From the human T2T-CHM13v2.0 reference genome, Homo sapiens: a stretch of 64,000 bases of DNA. The stretch is from assembly GCF_009914755.1 (NCBI RefSeq), contig NC_060927.1. One strand, given 5' to 3'. Shown piece by piece: positions 56,138 to 64,000 of this stretch. The notes beneath the pieces were generated by a model that did no database searches, was not told the DNA's origin, and saw only the letters and a list, made by a program, of their open reading frames with translations. Every line of letters starts with the position of its first letter. Within the stretch, counting starts at the first letter, position 1. The position numbers were made by a program, and so were the translations under genes.

Positions 56138-56433
56138 TTTTTACCCTAGACCAAAAGCAAGATGGCAGCAACAGATCATCGCACCTCTGCAGTCTGTCTG
56201 CTAGTGGCTACAGCCACCTCCTACTTCCACAGATCCCACTCAAGGATTCTCAAAGTTGCAGGAGTAAGATTTCTTTCCAGCTCCCTTCCTGGTCGTGGTT
56301 CCTCATGTCAGCTTCTTGAAGTCTGGGGTAACTATTTTCCTGTAGTAAAATTTCCTGTGATAGTCTTTCCTTTATTGCCTCTCTTATGTATAAAATGGCA
56401 GTATTAAAATTCCTTATACTGAATGTACTGTCA

Positions 56434-56841
<408 letters not shown>

Positions 56842-57386
56842 TCAAAAAAAAAAAAAAGAAAGAAAAGAAAAAAAAAAGAAAGGAAGAAGAATCTTAGCCA
56901 GGCTGACTGAAAAGTAGAAAGTCAGGGTTGGAGAAAATTGGTTATTCCAGAGACAGGATTTGGAGGTTTGAATGTATGTTGGGTGGTAGCCCTTTGGGGC
57001 CAGGGAGGAGGGGCTTGTGCCGAGATCGTGCCCCGAAAAATAATAACTCTTGGGTAATGGAGTATATTGGTATCTAGTAACATGGAAGGGACCACTTTTC
57101 TTTGGACTCTAGGCACTGTTTCATGGAGACTCTGCTGCTCACCAACAGTCTTCAATAGTTATTTTAAAATGATGGTACCCAGGGTCAAACTACTGCATTT
57201 TCACCAATGGGGCTATAGTCTGGGGAGCAGGACAATATTTGGGAGCTTCATTTCTGGAACAAAGTCACTGAGATTGGCAGCCAGAATTGAGGAATGGTTC
57301 AACAAATAGACTCATAAATCAAATAGCTACATATGTTTCTCCTGAATAGGTACAGCAAAGATTAAGAGGCAGGAGTGTTTCCCTAG

Positions 57387-57692
<306 letters not shown>

Positions 57693-58424
57693 TGAGCCAC
57701 CGCGCCCAGCTGGCAATCTTTATTTGGAGAATTTGAGGAAGAGATCAGTGCTCTTCTTAGTCGTATCAACCATATACCGCTTCCATACTCTTCTTAACAA
57801 TAGCAAGGGCAGTGGGATGCGGAGCTCTCCTGCTGAAGGGGCTGCTGGGAACAGAAGTAGGTATAGGTCCTGCCAGGAAGCACAGGAAAGATGAGGGTCC
57901 AGGTAGTGCTTTCCCTCACTGCAGGCCTGTCCTAGTGCCAGAGGCAACAGTGTGCTTCTGGGGAGAGGCACATTCATATATTCATTTAGCATTAACTGCT
58001 TAATTGATTGATAGATTCATTCATATCATTTATTCTTGAACTTACGTCTTTGGGCAGTAAGAACTGTATTCTTGTTAGCATTCTTTCATATTCCCATTTC
58101 TTCTACCTTAATGTATCATCAGCAATTATTTGTCATTAGGCATTCAAGTGATGTTGCGTACTCATTCATTCTAATTTTCTGCCTCCATTTACTCAAATTT
58201 CATTTACTTATTTATTTCAACTTCAAATTTCCTTTTTTATATTTCATAACTTCACTCAAATGTATTCATTTGTTCATTCAAATTAAATTTAATTATTTTA
58301 AATAAATGATTCAAAGGAGAAATACTCAAATCTCTTCATTTTTTCTTTTTTTTTTGCATTGTGATGTGCAAAAGAAAAGAGGCAAGAAAGAAAGGCAGAA
58401 AGTGCTTCTATGGTAGATCAGATT

Positions 58425-58470
58425 GATCTATCTATCACCTATCTATCTACCTATCTTCTATCTATCTATC

Positions 58471-58504
<34 letters not shown>

Positions 58505-58535
58505 ATCTATTATCTATCATCTATCTCTCTATCTG
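58425..58535 (+). repeat. (TATC)n tetranucleotide repeat
   Basis: atctatctatc... Confidence 0.95.
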
Positions 58536-59165
58536 CCATCTACTCATTCCTCCGTCCAATCTATCAGTTCCCAATTCCATCCACCCAGTTCCCACCTGAG
58601 ACAAAGTTCCAGAGTTCTGCGTTTTGTTATCCCCATTCTTTGAAGACCAGTTGCCCCAAATCAAAAAGGTTCCTGGAAACTGGGGCTGCTCTCATGTGTT
58701 ACTCAGTAGCACGTTTCCCTGTTTTGAGTGTCCTAGATTAGATTTAAGTGTCCCTGAGTCAGCAAGTCTTCTGCATGGTCCCGGAGGCAAGAGGACCAAG
58801 CATGGGAAGAGGACCAAGAACTGCACCATATTTCTTTCCACCCTCAGACTTGCCCCAGATTTTGGTTCCAGGCTCATCCCAGAAGAGTTTCACTTATATG
58901 GGTAAAGTGTATCTGAATTATGCAAGTAGCCCTGGTGTCTCTGGCTAGTGGGAGTCAGAATGTTTGCGGCCAGGACAGTGTCTACTTCTGTAGGCCTAGA
59001 GGAAAACAGCTCATTTTTCCCTGAAACAAATTCAGGATCCATGAGATAGGGATCCCAGATGCCTGAAGCCATCCATCTACTAGGGATGAGGTGGTTCAGA
59101 CCCAAGTAGTCGCAGGGATCCCCCATGGAAAACAGTCAAAGTATACCTGCCATGACAAAGAGTGA

Positions 59166-59567
<402 letters not shown>

Positions 59568-61101
59568 TAAAATTGGGGTCAGGCCTTGTATTTGACCATG
59601 TTTTCTTAAATATGACATCAAAAGCTGAGACAACAAAAGATAAATTAGATAATTTGGACTTCCTTAAAGTTTAAAATTTTTGTGCATTAAAGGACACTAT
59701 TGGCCAGGCACAGTAGTTCAAAGTGTAACCATTTTGGGATTGGGTGGGATGTGGTGGCTCACACCTGTAATCCCAGTACTTTGGGAGGCTGAGGCGGGAG
59801 GCTTGCTTGAACTCAGAAGTTTGAGACTAGCCTGGCCAACATGGCAAAACCCTATCTCTACAAAAATATAAAAATTAGCTGGGTGTGGTGATGCATACCT
59901 GTACTTGAGCTACTCAGGAGGCTAAGGTGGGAGGATCACCTGAGCCCAAGCGTTCAAGACTACAGTGAGCCAAGATCACACCACTGCACTCCAGCCTGGG
60001 TGACAGAGCAGGTCCCTGTCTCAGAAAACAAACAAACAAACAAACACCAGGAAAAGCTCAGTTATCTAGGACTCAACCAGAATCCTTGGCTTCTTTAGTT
60101 TCCTTATAAAACAAACAAAAAACCAAAGTGCAAACCCAGCACTTTAGGAGGCTGAGGCAGGAGGATTGCTTGAGGCCAGGAGTTGGAGACCAGCCTGGGC
60201 AACATAGTAAGATACCTCTACAAAATATAGACATATATATTAGCTGGGCTCTGACAGACTGCACCTCCATGTGCCACTCAGACATGCCCCCCGCTGCTCC
60301 CTCATGAGCAAAGGCTGGAGAAGCCTTCCGGCCACTAACTGCCGGCCGCCGTGTTGTATCCTGGTGGATACAGGATACACGTGGTGGAGGTGGTGGAGGT
60401 TGGGGTCCAGACATGTTGGTGTCAGTAGGAGGGCCAGGCCACACGTGTCCCAGATTACTGGGGGGTACATTGAGGGGTGGGCTGTGGGGTGAACAGGATT
60501 CATCCCTGAAAATAATCTGCCTCAGGGCACAGAAATCCCCACCTGGCCAGAGACCTGGGCCATTTCCTCCCACCAGTGATTCTCTAACTGTAATATGGGG
60601 ACAGCCTGGGTAGGATGAGGCTGTCGGGGTTGGGTCTCTCCTGAGGTTGAAGGGATGTGGCCAGAAGGATTAAGATGATTAACCAAGTATCCATCCCATT
60701 GCAGTAACTGAATTTGCCCTTCAGTGAACACTTTGGCCTCCTCTTGATCTCACAATGGTATATTTTTCATAATACAAAAATAATGCATATTTCATCCTTC
60801 AGACTTTGAAAAAAATACTTGTATGTTAACTTTTATTCCTTGGATGCATAGAAGAAATTAAGTGGTGTCCCCTGTTGTCACCTGATTAGGAGGAATTGTT
60901 GGGATTAAGCTCCAAGAAAGAGTGCTGCAGACTGGCTAAGCCGATGTTGGTGTGCTTGGAGGGAAAGGAAGACTGGCCTTTGTGGCAGAAAAAAGCCATC
61001 AGGGGCTCAAAAGAAAATAGGGACATGGGGGCCGGGCGCGGTGGCTCACACCTGTAATCCCAGCACTTTGGGAGGCTGAGGCGGGGGGGATCACGAGGTC
61101 A

Positions 61102-61458
<357 letters not shown>

Positions 61459-62468
61459 TCAATGTGAAAAAAGAAGAGTGATGAGATTTGTTATTCTTTC
61501 AGCATTACACATAAGTTTTTCTTGTTTCGAGGAATGCTGATGCCAATGATGACTTCAGGTCTAATTTCAATTACCATTAGTATCTCACCCTGGTTGACTA
61601 CATTGAATTTACTATCCTCAGACAAGTTGCCTAATCTTTCTCCACTCCTTGCCTCTGACCTCACCGTTCCATTTGCCTTGGCATCAGTCCTTACTTGATT
61701 CTTTCTTCATCTGGCAAATATGGCTGGCAAACAGCAGCTGTCCTCAGAAGCCTTTCTTCGTTCCAACAAACAGAAATAGGTGTGATTTCTGTTATTTTAT
61801 AGAATTGTGGTCAAATCTCACTTATTCAATATTACACTTAATTAAAATTATCTCATTTTACTGTAGAATTCTGTTCAACTTTTATTTTACATTTTACACT
61901 CTCTTATTATTAAATTCCTCACATCTTTATGTCCTTCCCTGGACTATGAATTGGTGCCCTGAGAATCTAGACACCTTATATTCACCTTAAAATCCCATCA
62001 TCCAGTAGGGTGTTGGATATGTAGGAGATGTTCAGGAAATCTTGTCAAATAATTGAATGAATTTCATGTAGCCACAGAAAAGTTCTGTTTTGGAAAATAA
62101 ACTGAAACAATATTTTAGCAGGGCAATTTGACAATATATATTTCAAATTTAAACTGTTCACATCCTTTGACCAAGAGATTTCCTCCTGGGAATTTGAGCT
62201 ATGAACAATCCTCCTACATGAAAATTCATTCAACCTGGCTGCTTTAGCTTAATGTATATGGTTGTGATCATATAGTAGAGGTTGGCCATGCTTTGTTACA
62301 TTTGATATTCAACCATTTTCATTTACCACTTCATAGTCTTCATACACATAATTTTTGTGACAATGTAAATGGTTCATATGGTGTCTGTTCCTTGGTTTGC
62401 TTAGCTGTTCTCATATTGTGGAATTGCATTTGTTATTCTTTCAGCATTACACTTATATTATCCAGTGA

Positions 62469-62765
<297 letters not shown>

Positions 62766-62843
62766 TAACTCCTGACCTTGTGATCTGCCCACCTCAGCCT
62801 CCCAAAGTGCTGGGATTACAGGCGTGAGACACCGCACCCAGAC

Positions 62844-63192
62844 TTTTTCCTTCAACTTTTAAGTTCTGGGGTACATGTGCAGGATGTGCAGGTTTGTTAC
62901 ATAGGTAAGGTGTGCCATGGTGGTTTGCTGCACAGATCAACCTATCATCTAAGTATTAAGCCCAGCATCCATTAGCTATTCTTCCTGCTGCTCTCCCTCC
63001 CGCTCCCCACCCTGACAGGTCCCAGTGTGTGCTGTTCCCCACAATGTGTCCAGGTGTTCTCATCGTCCAGCTCCCACTTATAATGAGAACATGTGGTGTT
63101 TGGTTTTCTGTTCCCATGTTAGTTTGTTGAGGATAATGGCTCCATCCATGTTCCTACGAAGGACATGATCTCGTTCCTTTTTATGGCTGCAC
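62844..63192 (-). mobile_element. 5'-truncated L1PA 3' end
   Basis: ttttaagttctggggtacatgtgcagga...gagaacatgtggtgtttggttttctg...ttttatggctgca; 14-bp TSD atttcttgactctt at 62534-62547 and 63193-63206. Confidence 0.9.
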
Positions 63193-63546
63193 ATTTCTTG
63201 ACTCTTGATATATATCATCTTTGTGGTTTTCATTCTCTTTTAAAGTATTTGTGAATATGATGAAGTAAAAAAGTATCTCAGATTTTGTTTCGCATTTTAT
63301 TGTTTGTTAGAAAGATTGAGCTTTATTTCATTATCATTTATTACTAATTGCATTTCCTACCTGAGGAACTGTATTTTCTTACATACCTTTCACACACATG
63401 ACGCTAACATTTTTCTTGTTTTGTTTTTTTTTTAAACTGAGTTTTGCTCTTGTTGCCCAGGCTGGAGTGCAATGGGGGCAATCTCAGGTCACTGCAACCT
63501 CTGCCTCCCAGATTCAAGCAATTCTCCTGCCCAGCCACTCAAGTAG

Positions 63547-63759
<213 letters not shown>

Positions 63760-64000
63760 TAATTTTGAGCTCTTCCCAGGTGTGGGACATTGCTTTAGCT
63801 GCTAGGGATAGTTAACAAACAAGCAAAAATCTTTGCATTCATAGGATTTAAATCCTAATGTGTGAGACAGATAAGTAAAACAGGATTTCAGTATTTTAGG
63901 TAGTGAGAACTACTTTTCAGTTAATAGTTTGATTCTCTGTGATTTTTTTCTTCTATTTAAAAAATCATGTTCTATCTTTTTAGAGTTTTTTCTTAAACTT

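Noticed and set aside
60240-60770. GC-rich unique segment with a Pro-rich 166-aa minus-strand ORF, possible processed pseudogene
   Set aside because: I recognise no parent protein, the ORF runs into an Alu, and no poly(A)/TSD is visible. A BLASTN/TBLASTX search would settle it.

Overview
Human (primate) genomic DNA, very Alu-rich. It holds the 3' part of TRIM71 (LIN-41; TRIM-NHL RNA-binding E3 ligase) on the + strand. The window opens inside intron 1. Coding exons 2 (11958-12125, B-box 2/coiled coil), 3 (24073-24207, coiled coil) and 4 (28478-29929, coiled coil, filamin repeat, six NHL repeats, TAA) follow with canonical phase-0 splice sites. After the stop is a ~6 kb Alu-free 3'UTR (AATAAA 35914, likely cleavage ~35941) with many let-7, miR-125, miR-9 and miR-181 seed matches. 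The remainder is intergenic repeat sequence: a solo LTR12/ERV9 LTR, MER52-like and MLT1 LTRs, Tigger1, MER8, L1/L2/MIR pieces, about 50 Alus and two 3'-truncated U6 retrocopies. I see no wholly new gene system. The best leads are regulatory: two candidate in-frame cassette exons (132 nt and 27 nt), a second distal let-7 site cluster that alternative polyadenylation could include or exclude, inverted Alus around exon 2, and candidate intronic enhancers. Repeat family names and protein numbering are from memory of consensus sequences, not from a search, and repeat boundaries are approximate.
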